A DNA stretch of 64,000 nucleotides. Source: an uncultured Nitrososphaerota archaeon (lineage in GTDB: Archaea; Asgardarchaeota; Njordarchaeia; Njordarchaeales; Njordarchaeaceae). The translations under genes and the position numbers were made by a program. Every line of letters starts with the position of its first letter. Position 1 is the stretch's first letter. Location: NCBI GenBank assembly GCA_964518475.1, contig CAZFGR010000001.1, positions 338,641-402,640 on the forward strand, written 5' to 3'. Below the pieces are notes generated by a model. The model worked only from the letters and a program-made list of their open reading frames with translations, was not told the origin of the DNA and searched no databases. Of this stretch, positions 48,267 through 57,612 are shown piece after piece.

Positions 48267-51200
48267 GTTCGGGAAGAAAAGTTGAGATAGTAGGCAAGGA
48301 TCCAGCAATTAATGAGATCATTAATGAAACACTTGATGTAATTAGGGAAAAGAAAGTTGTATGTATTTTTGAGAGATTGTGTCCGAACTGTGGATGGAAA
48401 GTACCTAGCTTCCGTCTAGAGTCTGATCTTGCTTGTTTAGTTTGTATTCCAGAAAATATTGCTAAGAAATACTACTCAACTGAAACTGAAAATCCGCAAC
48501 TAAAACTTGGTTCTCTTTTAGAAGAAAGAAAAGCTCTTAGAAAATTTAGACGTGCATATCGCATTGAAAAAGAGCTACAGGACTATATCGACTTCTTCAA
48601 AAAACTTGTGGGAGCTCCTCCATGGAGTGCCCAGAGAGTGTGGGCTCGAAGAATTTTAACTGGTGAAAGTTTCGCAATAATAGCACCTACGGGTGTAGGA
48701 AAGACAGTTTTTGGCTTAGTTACTGCTTTATACTTAGCACACAAGAAAGGCTTAAGAACTTACATAATTCTCCCGACGAAGACATTATTGAGGCAGGTTC
48801 TTGATAAAATAAGACTTTGGGAGGAGAAACTAAACACTAGATATGTGATTGCTTATCACTCTGAAATGAGTGCTAAAGAGAAGAAAGAATTCACTGAAAG
48901 ATTTCAATCTGGAGACTTTAAGATATTGATAACAACCTCTCAATTCCTGATACGGAATCTTCAAGACATAATCCAAGCTTTCAGTAGAGCTGGTGAGAAT
49001 AGATATTCTGGACGCTTTGTTGATTTCATGTTCGTTGATGATGTGGATAGTTTTCTGCGAAATGTTAAAAATCTAGATAGGGCTATGGTGCTCCTAGGAT
49101 ATACTTTTAGCAGGAAAATGCGAGCGATAATAGAAAAGATTAAGAGGTATGGAACGGGGTCTGATGAGCAATCCTCTCAACTAACGGAGGACGAATGGTC
49201 TGAAATATTAAGGACGAGGGAAAGAGCTGGTATATTAGTTGTTTCCTCAGCCACGGGGCGAGTAAGAGGGGTCTTAATTAGGCGTCTCTTCTCGATAATT
49301 TTTGGTTTTTCTATAGGCTCTTCTAAAGAAGGAATTAGGAATGTTCTCGATACTTATGATGATCAGATACTAAAGGAGGGTGTGGTTACAAGAGATAAAT
49401 TGATTAAACGAGCGGTTGAGTTGATAGAAAAACTAGGTAGTGGCGGCTTAGTTTTCGTGGCTCGTGGTGCGGACAGTGACGAAATAATAAGTGAACTCGT
49501 TAAGGAACTATCTGGTAAAGGGATACGGGCCTTAGGAGTAACAGCGGAGGAAGGATCAGAGGTAGCAGAAGCGATAGAAAAATTCGCAAAAAGAGAAGTT
49601 GATATCTTGGTCGGCAAGGCATCTCCTTACGGTTTACTCGTCAGGGGATTAGATCTACCTGAAATAGTCAGATACGCCATTTTTATTAAAGTTCCCCACT
49701 TTAGCGTGAAACTAGAGCCTCGGCCGAACCCTGTTTACTTATCCTTTGTAATGCGAAAAATGGTTAGTGCATTCGAGGATAAGAGTAGGATACTAGAAGA
49801 TATTAGGAATCTAGCATCGCAGCTTGTTTGGTTATCTGCTACGGAAATTAGGTCGTTAGAGGATGAAATCAGTAATTTGATGGAGAAAAAGAGGATAAAC
49901 GAGATTATCTCAGAATATGAGTCAAAGAACTTTGATGAGCTTTCCCCGAAGGATAAAGCAATATACTATACGGTGAAGCTCTATAAAATACTCATAGATT
50001 TTCTACGAGAAGGCAATGTGGAAAGGAAGTTAGCTGAAGCAGAAGTTCCTTTTGAAGTACATGAAGAAGGGGGCTCTCGGGTTATTAGCTTGCTAACCGC
50101 TGATATAAAGACATATATTCAAGCTTCTGGTAGAACTTCAAGACTATTTGCGGGAGGAATCACCAAGGGTCTCTCTATTATACTACCGTCTAATAGACAC
50201 TTGCTAAACGAGCTTGATCGCAAACTTTCATGGACGGTCGAAACAACACTTTCACCGCTTTCCGATATAAACCTAGAAGAAGTTATGAAAGAAATCGATA
50301 ACGATAGAGAACGTGTTAGAATAGCTAGACTGGGTAAAATGCCTGCTAAGGAGCATTTGCAGACATGTTTGTTTATTGTAGAATCTCCAACGAAAGCACG
50401 TACAATAGCAAGCTTCTTTGGAAGACCAACTCGGAGAGTTTTCCCGGGATTAGTAGCTTATGAGATCATTATAGGGAAATACCTGGCAACGATAGTAGCT
50501 ACTATCGGTCATGTAACGGATTTAATAACGCATAGATTTATTCCAGAGTTCACTGCAGTACGAAAGAATGGACGAATAGAGCCCGTTATTAAGGCTTATA
50601 CGATACGGGAATTAGCTTGGCCTTATGGAATAACGGTTCTCAACATAGACTCTGACATGCGATTTATACCTATCTTTGGGCCCAAGGTTACGTGTGGGCA
50701 ATGTGGATATGTATTCGTTCCTTATCTCACAGTCAATGATAAATTAGATGAGAATATTCAGAAGCGCAAGTGTGAAAAAATAAAGAGGTATATGCATAAT
50801 CTCTCCCTAGAGGAGCAGTTATGGAGAATGTATATTGATAAGAAACGAACTGAGTTACCCCTTAAGTGTCCAAGGTGCGGCGAAACAGAGAATTTATATG
50901 ATAAGACTATAACAATTGAAGCTCTCAGACGACTAGCACTTGAAAGCGAAGTAGTTCTATTAGGTACTGATCCAGACATAGAGGGTGAAAAAATAGCATG
51001 GGATGTCGCTATTCTCCTTAAACCGTATGCTAAGAAAATCATGAGAGTAGAGTTCCACGAGGTAACGAGGAGTGCCATAGAAAGAGCATTAGCAGAGCCA
51101 CGTGATATTAACTTTGAACTGGTAATGGGTCAGTTATTGAGGAGAATTGAGGATCGATGGATAGGATTTTATCTCTCAGAGGAGCTTAAAGAAATTCTAA

Positions 51201-52438
51201 ATGAGCGGAATTTGTCAGCGGGTCGAGTGCAATCACCAGTCCTCTCATGGATAGTCCAACGCTATAATTTATGGAAAGAAAAGGAGAAGTGGACAATAAT
51301 AAGTCTCGGAAAAGACGCTGAAGTTCGAATCAAAGGAGAAGTAAAAATACGAAGCATTGAGATTAAGGATGTTAAGACAGAGGAAAGGAAACTAATACCC
51401 CCACCACCACTGATCACGGATACCATGCTTACTTATGCGTCTATTCTCTACGGCATGAGTGCTGATCGTACTATGCGACTAGCTCAAACTCTGTTCGAAG
51501 TGGGTTTGGTGACATATATACGAACAGATTCTACTAGGGTGTCTGATGTTGGTTTAGGCGTGGCAAAGAGGCTGATAAGTGAGAACTTTGGTGCGGAGGA
51601 ATTCGTGCCGAGGAGGTGGAGCAGAGGTGAGGAAGGAGCTCATGAATGTATAAGGCCAACAAGGCCACTCATGTTAGATGATTTGAGAGAAGCATTAGAG
51701 AGAGGAGAGATCGTTCTCCAAGAAGAATTACCAGCAGATGCTTACCAGTTGTATGATATGATAGTTCGAATATTCATGGCATCGCAAATGAGGGAAGGTA
51801 TGGGATTATTCGCTACTGTTAAAGTTAAGATAGAATACGAAGATGAGAAAGGTGAATTAAAGAGCGTGGAAGAAGAGGTCTCAGGTCTAGTTGAGATTAA
51901 GGAGAAAGGATTTCTTAAAGCATTAACACCCAGAATGGCCAAGTTATTCACACCAAGAAGGATTCCATACTTCAAAGAGGGGGTTAGGTTATCTCTAGAC
52001 GAAGTAAAAATAGAGATAAAGGAAATTCCCAAAGCTTGGCCACTTAGGGAGGGAGAGATTGTACGTCTTATGCGTGAAAGAGGAATTGGAAGACCATCTA
52101 CTTACGCCACTATAATCGAGAAACTATTCGAAAGAAGATACGTTAAAAGAATTCAAGGGGGCTTTGTAGTCCCAAGAGAACGGGGAATTATAGTTAATAA
52201 AATAGTTTATGCAATTCATCCAGAAATGGTTTCAGAGGAAAGAACAAGAATAATCTTCGATTTAATTGACAAAGTAGCAAGTGGAAAGGAGGACTTTCTC
52301 GAGTTATTAAAGGAGATATATAGTGAGATCCTTAAAGCTAAGGAAGAGGCAAAACAAAAAGTCCTACCACCCGAGATAATAGCAGAGATTGAAAAATACC
52401 GAAGAAATGTTGAGAGACGTATGAATCAATATCAATGA
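48263..52438 (+). CDS. rgy: Reverse gyrase
   Basis: N-terminal CPNC zinc finger, APTGVGKT, DDVD, RGLDLPE, QASGRTSR, VESPTKA, TDPDIEGE, SAGRVQ, TYIRTD. Confidence 0.97.
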   Translation: MSSGRKVEIVGKDPAINEIINETLDVIREKKVVCIFERLCPNCGWKVPSFRLESDLACLVCIPENIAKKYYSTETENPQLKLGSLLEERKALRKFRRAYRIEKELQDYIDFFKKLVGAPPWSAQRVWARRILTGESFAIIAPTGVGKTVFGLVTALYLAHKKGLRTYIILPTKTLLRQVLDKIRLWEEKLNTRYVIAYHSEMSAKEKKEFTERFQSGDFKILITTSQFLIRNLQDIIQAFSRAGENRYSGRFVDFMFVDDVDSFLRNVKNLDRAMVLLGYTFSRKMRAIIEKIKRYGTGSDEQSSQLTEDEWSEILRTRERAGILVVSSATGRVRGVLIRRLFSIIFGFSIGSSKEGIRNVLDTYDDQILKEGVVTRDKLIKRAVELIEKLGSGGLVFVARGADSDEIISELVKELSGKGIRALGVTAEEGSEVAEAIEKFAKREVDILVGKASPYGLLVRGLDLPEIVRYAIFIKVPHFSVKLEPRPNPVYLSFVMRKMVSAFEDKSRILEDIRNLASQLVWLSATEIRSLEDEISNLMEKKRINEIISEYESKNFDELSPKDKAIYYTVKLYKILIDFLREGNVERKLAEAEVPFEVHEEGGSRVISLLTADIKTYIQASGRTSRLFAGGITKGLSIILPSNRHLLNELDRKLSWTVETTLSPLSDINLEEVMKEIDNDRERVRIARLGKMPAKEHLQTCLFIVESPTKARTIASFFGRPTRRVFPGLVAYEIIIGKYLATIVATIGHVTDLITHRFIPEFTAVRKNGRIEPVIKAYTIRELAWPYGITVLNIDSDMRFIPIFGPKVTCGQCGYVFVPYLTVNDKLDENIQKRKCEKIKRYMHNLSLEEQLWRMYIDKKRTELPLKCPRCGETENLYDKTITIEALRRLALESEVVLLGTDPDIEGEKIAWDVAILLKPYAKKIMRVEFHEVTRSAIERALAEPRDINFELVMGQLLRRIEDRWIGFYLSEELKEILNERNLSAGRVQSPVLSWIVQRYNLWKEKEKWTIISLGKDAEVRIKGEVKIRSIEIKDVKTEERKLIPPPPLITDTMLTYASILYGMSADRTMRLAQTLFEVGLVTYIRTDSTRVSDVGLGVAKRLISENFGAEEFVPRRWSRGEEGAHECIRPTRPLMLDDLREALERGEIVLQEELPADAYQLYDMIVRIFMASQMREGMGLFATVKVKIEYEDEKGELKSVEEEVSGLVEIKEKGFLKALTPRMAKLFTPRRIPYFKEGVRLSLDEVKIEIKEIPKAWPLREGEIVRLMRERGIGRPSTYATIIEKLFERRYVKRIQGGFVVPRERGIIVNKIVYAIHPEMVSEERTRIIFDLIDKVASGKEDFLELLKEIYSEILKAKEEAKQKVLPPEIIAEIEKYRRNVERRMNQYQ

Positions 52439-52474
52439 AAAATCTTTTTTAGTGACTAGCGAAGAATCAAAAGG

Positions 52475-52533
52475 AAGCTCAGCGCTCCAGAACATCTTCA
52501 TCTCTCCGATTAATATTTTTTCTCATCATCGCT
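52475..52533 (-). ncRNA. Box C/D guide RNA targeting pre-tRNA-Trp C34
   Basis: ATGATGA-GAAAAAATATTAAT-CGGA-gag-ATGAAGA-TGTTCTGGAGCG-CTGA; D guide complementary to 56274-56284. Confidence 0.87.
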
Positions 52534-52572
52534 TAACTAAGCTTAAAGTTGTTTTTGGAATATTATCGTTTT

Positions 52573-55314
52573 CTACTGAAGGAATCTAGAAAGATCAACT
52601 ACACCTTTCGCTTTTGATTCTATCTCGCTAAAAGACATTCCAAGAGCGTCCAAAAGCTGTTCAAATACACTTCTTGTGTACTCGATGTACTTTGCCCAAT
52701 CAATATCACTTTTTCGTGGTCGTAGTTCTATGGGGGTCACACTATCCTTTGTTTTTACATAAGCGATAATCTCTCCAGGGAGAACCTCTCTTTTTAGCTT
52801 TCTGGCAGCCTGTACATGTTGAGGAGTGGTTTTGGTATATTCGCTCAGGGATTTAGTTAATTGGACGCGGAAGGCTAAATCTTCTAGTGAGTATTCTCCT
52901 CGTCTTATTTTGTGAATGATATCGATGATTATTTCCTCAATCTTCTTCTTTGCAGCTTCTAGTTCATCAGGGTTAGTAACAGCACTTAATACGTCTAGAA
53001 CTCTTCTAAACTCCTTTTTTAAGAATTCAGGAGTATTTCTTTTCTTTGCCATTAGTCCCTTTATATCCACGGATCCATCCTGTAAGACACCAAAATAGTT
53101 CTTTTTACGGGCAGATAATGCAAGATATCGGTAAATCTTGTCTACCTCCAAGTCTACATTAAGGACTTTTTCCCCATATTCTATCAGCGCTTGTACCTTG
53201 TCTGCGGGTGGATTATGAATAAAGATGCTATCTGTGTCTCCATATAATACATCTAGACCTATTTCCTGAGCCTTCTTAACTACAGCTTTTATTTTTTGTC
53301 TACCTATCGCTGTTATTGTTTCAGCTACTGATAATGCGTACAGCGGAAAATGCTCGGCTCCGAAGACTCCGTAACTAGCATTAATTAGAACTTTCAAGGC
53401 TCCTTGAATGATATTGTAGAATAATTTCTGATCTCCTTGGGCTTTTTTGGCCATTTTCTTGAAATAGCGTACCCTCAAGTCTCGGATAAATCCTACTAGT
53501 TCAGAAGCTAGCCCCCTTCTTTTAGTACAGATCCAGTGAGGTAGCTCTTCTACACGATTTTTCATGCATTCTTCGTGTGGACAATCAACGGTTTCATAGC
53601 TTATATTGTGAACTTTAATGATCGTGGGATATATGCTAGCGAAGTCTAATACCCATACGTTAAACCACACACCTGGTTTAGGTTCTAATACTATAGCTCC
53701 TCTATACTTCTTCCCAGATATTATGGGAGGCGGTCTTGGGCCAAGCCTAGAGATTCTATTTTCCTTATTCTCAAGTTGTTGTCTATTAGGAATTAGGTAG
53801 TTTCTGTCTCTATGTTCGGCGTAGAACCAATTCTCAATCCAAGCAGAAACGCCTCTTCTAGAGAGTTCCCTAATAGGGTATCGTGTTATTCTGGAAAGCA
53901 TTATCATTAATTTTAGCGGTAGTTGCTTCTGGAAATCAAAAAGCTGTGCTGTGAGATAGGAATCCCACCAACAATATCTAGCGAGATCATATAAACTTAA
54001 TTTTTCAACTTCTTCGTACTCTGGGAATATTTTGCCTACTCCTAGTAATGCTTGTGAAACATCCTCTAAGCTGACTGTTTCGTATCTATTTGCGAATGCG
54101 TATGTTTTTATTGCAGCATTTCCATAGAATTTGTAAAGATCGATGTGAACACCAATGTGCATGTGTGCTTCTTTAATTTCTCCTTTGCTCACGATTTTGA
54201 ACGGGATAACTTCTCTCGGGATGCCAAGGTGTTCGCAGCGTTTAAAGATGTATCTTAGGTCAAATGTATCACCGTTGAACGTTACTACTATTGGGGCCTC
54301 CCAGATTTTTTCAAATAGGTCTAATAGCATTAGTTTTTCATCGTCATATATTCTAACTATGATTTCTTTACCATTGACATTCAGTTTTCCTAGAGTGTAA
54401 TATTTCTCCTTACCGATGATCTCTATACCTTCTAGGTTTTGATTTCTAGCTCCTCGATACTTTCTTAGAACAAAAACTTCTCTTGTTTCTAATCTATTGG
54501 GGCCTTCATAAGATATCTGAGTTAGACCTATTGCGATTATTGGATCATAAGGTCTACTCATTTGTGGTATTCGGCCTCCTCCTGCTACCTCTATATCAAC
54601 CGAAACAAAGTCTATATTTGGTATTTCTGCGGAGAATATTGGTAGGTATTTCTGGGCTAACTTTTGTAGTGCTTTATCTTCTTGGAATATGCTCAGCAAC
54701 TCATTTTCAATGGGTGAAGAACGTCTCTTAAGTACGGGTTTTTTATCAACTATATCATATATCATAGAGGGCCAGAGTTTTGCATCATATATGTAGTTTA
54801 AATGATATTGGATCCAAGCTTCCCAGCAACGGTCCTCGCCTAGGATGTTTCTGACACCGTCTTTTCCACCTATGGCTAGTGGGTCAGAAACGATTACTTT
54901 AAGCAATTTTATGTTTTTATCCTCGATGGGGTCATATTTTTCAACTTCTTCAATACCTTCTAATGTTCCCCGCATTTTTTTGGCTGCTTGTAAGATTTCC
55001 TCGCGGGATGCGGAGGTTAGACAATATGGTTTGTGGCCCATTCGATCATAAAGAAAAAGGATTTTCTTATTTTTAGGGTCATAAAATTTCATTAAGGCCT
55101 TATTATGGTCAGCATCATACTCAACAGATAATAGGAGAACATCATTAGCATTACTTACTTCCCTATCTTTTTTAGCGACATTTAACAAGGCTCTTATTTT
55201 TTCGTCTGCTATTTTTAAGACACTAGGTCGCTCTTCCTTTTCTTTAGGTAATTCTTCTTCCTTCTTAATTTGTTGTTGCATTAAAAATGTATCAAGCGTT
55301 GTTTTCTTGACCAT
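52573..55314 (-). CDS. polB1: Family B DNA polymerase (PolB1 type)
   Basis: GHKPY, DIEV, FNGDTFD, DFASIYP, KVLINASYG, YGDTDS, KKNY; PIP-like TTLDTF (N-terminus) and DLSRFL (C-terminus); no intein. Confidence 0.93.
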   Translation of the reverse strand: MVKKTTLDTFLMQQQIKKEEELPKEKEERPSVLKIADEKIRALLNVAKKDREVSNANDVLLLSVEYDADHNKALMKFYDPKNKKILFLYDRMGHKPYCLTSASREEILQAAKKMRGTLEGIEEVEKYDPIEDKNIKLLKVIVSDPLAIGGKDGVRNILGEDRCWEAWIQYHLNYIYDAKLWPSMIYDIVDKKPVLKRRSSPIENELLSIFQEDKALQKLAQKYLPIFSAEIPNIDFVSVDIEVAGGGRIPQMSRPYDPIIAIGLTQISYEGPNRLETREVFVLRKYRGARNQNLEGIEIIGKEKYYTLGKLNVNGKEIIVRIYDDEKLMLLDLFEKIWEAPIVVTFNGDTFDLRYIFKRCEHLGIPREVIPFKIVSKGEIKEAHMHIGVHIDLYKFYGNAAIKTYAFANRYETVSLEDVSQALLGVGKIFPEYEEVEKLSLYDLARYCWWDSYLTAQLFDFQKQLPLKLMIMLSRITRYPIRELSRRGVSAWIENWFYAEHRDRNYLIPNRQQLENKENRISRLGPRPPPIISGKKYRGAIVLEPKPGVWFNVWVLDFASIYPTIIKVHNISYETVDCPHEECMKNRVEELPHWICTKRRGLASELVGFIRDLRVRYFKKMAKKAQGDQKLFYNIIQGALKVLINASYGVFGAEHFPLYALSVAETITAIGRQKIKAVVKKAQEIGLDVLYGDTDSIFIHNPPADKVQALIEYGEKVLNVDLEVDKIYRYLALSARKKNYFGVLQDGSVDIKGLMAKKRNTPEFLKKEFRRVLDVLSAVTNPDELEAAKKKIEEIIIDIIHKIRRGEYSLEDLAFRVQLTKSLSEYTKTTPQHVQAARKLKREVLPGEIIAYVKTKDSVTPIELRPRKSDIDWAKYIEYTRSVFEQLLDALGMSFSEIESKAKGVVDLSRFLQ

Positions 55315-55394
55315 AACAATAGCCCCAGAAACCTTCTTATTTTTCATTTTGGGAAAATCAAGATATAGTATTTTGAGGGTATAGCAATTTATCT

Positions 55395-55769
55395 CTATCT
55401 ATGTTTTATAGGAATTCTCTTTATGCTTCCACATAACAAACAAGTAATAGTGATATGGGGTTCACGTCTTTGTCTAAGTCTTATTCGCATAGTTTTGCCA
55501 GGGATTAGGAAGTTTTTGCATTTCTTGCAATAAAAGTACTTAAAACGTTTTGGAATTTTTACACCTACGGACTTTGCTAAGCGACGTGCATGGAATCCTA
55601 GTGATAAACTTCTTTCTAACCGGCATTTGTATCCTTCCAAAAAAGCATACTGAAGCATAGTAGTGATATTCTCAAGTGCTAATCTTGTTCTTAGGCGTAT
55701 GCGGCTTTTTCTGCTGCGTTTAGTATTCAATGTGCGACCCTCATAATATCCAACAATATATATGATCAA
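55395..55769 (-). CDS. rnp4: RNase P protein Rpp21/Rnp4
   Basis: YCKKC..FLIPG..RIRL...ITCLLCG..KRIP; start uncertain. Confidence 0.85.
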   Translation of the reverse strand: MIIYIVGYYEGRTLNTKRSRKSRIRLRTRLALENITTMLQYAFLEGYKCRLERSLSLGFHARRLAKSVGVKIPKRFKYFYCKKCKNFLIPGKTMRIRLRQRREPHITITCLLCGSIKRIPIKHR

Positions 55770-55853
55770 TAGTAATTAGGCATGAGTTCTGGTGAATTAG
55801 TAGCTAAGTAACTCGTTAAAAATGACTACTAATCGATAGCTTAGGTCTTTAGT

Positions 55854-56129
55854 ATGATAGTTACTTGTTCTAGATGCAATTTATCATTTGAAGTACGTAC
55901 AATTAAAGACTTACAGAATGGTTGCCCACGATGCGGAGCTAAAATATATGGTTTTAAGGATGAAGAATTAAAGCCTCTTGTGAGTGTGAAAATGATTAAG
56001 AGGGGCGTTTTTAGTATTGATTTTGGAGAACCAAGTAACAGAATAGCAGTAATTCAAGCTAAAAATAGCTACGCAATTATTTACTTGGAAAGTATCAATA
56101 AAATGAAAATGAAGAAAAAAAGAGAGTAA
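55854..56129 (+). CDS. Zn-ribbon protein (DUF2072/OapC-like)
   Basis: CSRC...F...GCPRCG, G.F.ID motif. Confidence 0.6.
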   Translation: MIVTCSRCNLSFEVRTIKDLQNGCPRCGAKIYGFKDEELKPLVSVKMIKRGVFSIDFGEPSNRIAVIQAKNSYAIIYLESINKMKMKKKRE

Positions 56130-56241
56130 GATAATTATCTAGAGAGAAATAAAGCTATTAGCTTAGTTTTCAGAATTGTAATATTTAAAAATCTCCGATA
56201 ACATTAAGTAAGGAATGGATTTCAATTACGCGACTTAAACT

Positions 56242-56342
56242 GGGGGCGTGGCCTAGCCAGGTTATGGCGGCCGGCTCCAGAACACTCTTCTTTAGGCGAA
56301 GAAACCGGTGTGTCCGGGGTTCAAATCCCCGCGCCCCCACCA
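56242..56342 (+). tRNA. tRNA-Trp(CCA) with 23-nt 37/38 intron (56281-56303)
   Basis: Cloverleaf; GCCGG-CT CCA G^A-CCGGT; relaxed BHB helix CTCC/GAAG; CCA encoded. Confidence 0.92.
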
Positions 56343-56426
56343 CCCTAAACTCTCTATTCTTCATTCGTCGAAAAATCATCACTTTATCGATATTCTTTAA
56401 TTAGTTTAGCAGTCTTTCACGTATAT

Positions 56427-56507
56427 GTGGCCTCCCTCACAGTACCCGTCTAATCAGACCCGTAATGGGGCTGAGATGAGGACGGGGCTCCGAGGGAGGC
56501 CACAATT
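56427..56507 (+). ncRNA. Single-hairpin H/ACA pseudouridylation guide RNA
   Basis: Basal stem GGCCTCCCTC/GAGGGAGGCC, pocket ACAGTA/GCTCC, upper stem CCCGTC/GACGGG, K-turn-like TAA/GATGAG, ACA at 56502 (15 nt from pocket top). Confidence 0.85.
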
Positions 56508-56529
56508 ATTGTTTGCTACGGTGATAGTA

Positions 56530-57390
56530 ATGGAGGAGAAGGCATTACAATATCCGTTCCACGAGTACTACAAACGTTTAACTGGGAAAGATCATCCAGA
56601 GGTAGATGAACTTGTTATAGGTAGGGTAACAAGGATAGAGGGTCATGGTATCTATGTTTATCTTGACGAGTACGATGTAGAGGCGTATATTCCATTAAAG
56701 GAGATATCTACTAAGTTCATCAAGCATCCTAGAGAAGTTGTAAAGTTGAATCAGCGAATAGTAGCAAAGATATATTCTGTGAGGAGAGGTGGTCTCATCA
56801 TAAACGCCTCTCTTAAGAGAGTCTTGCCAGCTGAGCGCCAACGAAAATTACAGGAATGGCGTAAGATGAGAAGAGCTCTCATCTTAATGCTTCAGATGGC
56901 TAATGAGTTAGGTGTGACTCCGGAAGAGGTCATAGAGAAAGTGGGCGCGAAACTTATGGAGTATTATGATACACCTTATGACGGTTTTGAAGCAGCAGTA
57001 CGATGGGGTGAAGAGGTTCTAAAAGAGGTAGGAGTGCCCGAGGATTGGATCCCGACGATTTATGGGATTATAAAGGAGAACATAAAATTAAGAGAAGTTG
57101 TTCTCAAGCGACATATTCTAATTTCGAGTCTCGCTCCAGATGCTGTGGAGAGAATAAAAAGAGCTTTTCTTGAAGCCAAAAAAATAGATCCAGACAATAT
57201 ACAAGTGGAATACATCTCCTCTCCAAGATATCTTGTTAAAGTAAAAGGATATGATTGGAAGGAAGCGCAGCGACTATTCAGGAAATTTATGGAAAAAGTA
57301 AGGGCTATAATACTAGAAAATAATAAATGGTTAACGACAGTCGAAGTGGAAGAAGAGGAAGAGAAGAAGCCTAGGAAGCGAAGAGGATAA
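56530..57390 (+). CDS. eif2a: Translation initiation factor 2 alpha
   Basis: S1 domain (PEVDELVIG..YVYLDEY..SLKRV), YISSPRY; upstream of nop10; start moved downstream of the H/ACA RNA. Confidence 0.93.
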   Translation: MEEKALQYPFHEYYKRLTGKDHPEVDELVIGRVTRIEGHGIYVYLDEYDVEAYIPLKEISTKFIKHPREVVKLNQRIVAKIYSVRRGGLIINASLKRVLPAERQRKLQEWRKMRRALILMLQMANELGVTPEEVIEKVGAKLMEYYDTPYDGFEAAVRWGEEVLKEVGVPEDWIPTIYGIIKENIKLREVVLKRHILISSLAPDAVERIKRAFLEAKKIDPDNIQVEYISSPRYLVKVKGYDWKEAQRLFRKFMEKVRAIILENNKWLTTVEVEEEEEKKPRKRRG

Positions 57391-57405
57391 AGTTGGCGAT
57401 TTAAC

Positions 57406-57612
57406 ATGGGTAAACGGATCTACAGATGCCTAAAGTGTGGCCGATACACGTTAAGGACGGATACCTGTCCAGTATGTGGAGGGTTCGTAGCTATAGCTCA
57501 TCCTCCTAGGTTTAGTCTAGTAGATAAATACGGAAAATATAGACGATTACTCAAGAAAGCCCTAGGGCTGATTCCTACAAAAAATGATGAGGGGCATCAA
57601 GATGCTGTTTGA
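57406..57612 (+). CDS. nop10: H/ACA RNP protein Nop10
   Basis: CLKCGRYTL..CPVCG...AHPPRFS..DKYGKYR. Confidence 0.95.
   Translation: MGKRIYRCLKCGRYTLRTDTCPVCGGFVAIAHPPRFSLVDKYGKYRRLLKKALGLIPTKNDEGHQDAV

Noticed and set aside
48263-55314. Inteins in the long reverse gyrase or in PolB
   Set aside because: No C/S...HN-C/S/T splice motifs or LAGLIDADG blocks seen; extra length comes from insertions in the latch and zinc-finger regions.
56185-56529. ORF 56185-56382 and the 35-aa N-terminal extension of aIF2alpha
   Set aside because: They overlap tRNA-Trp and the H/ACA hairpin.
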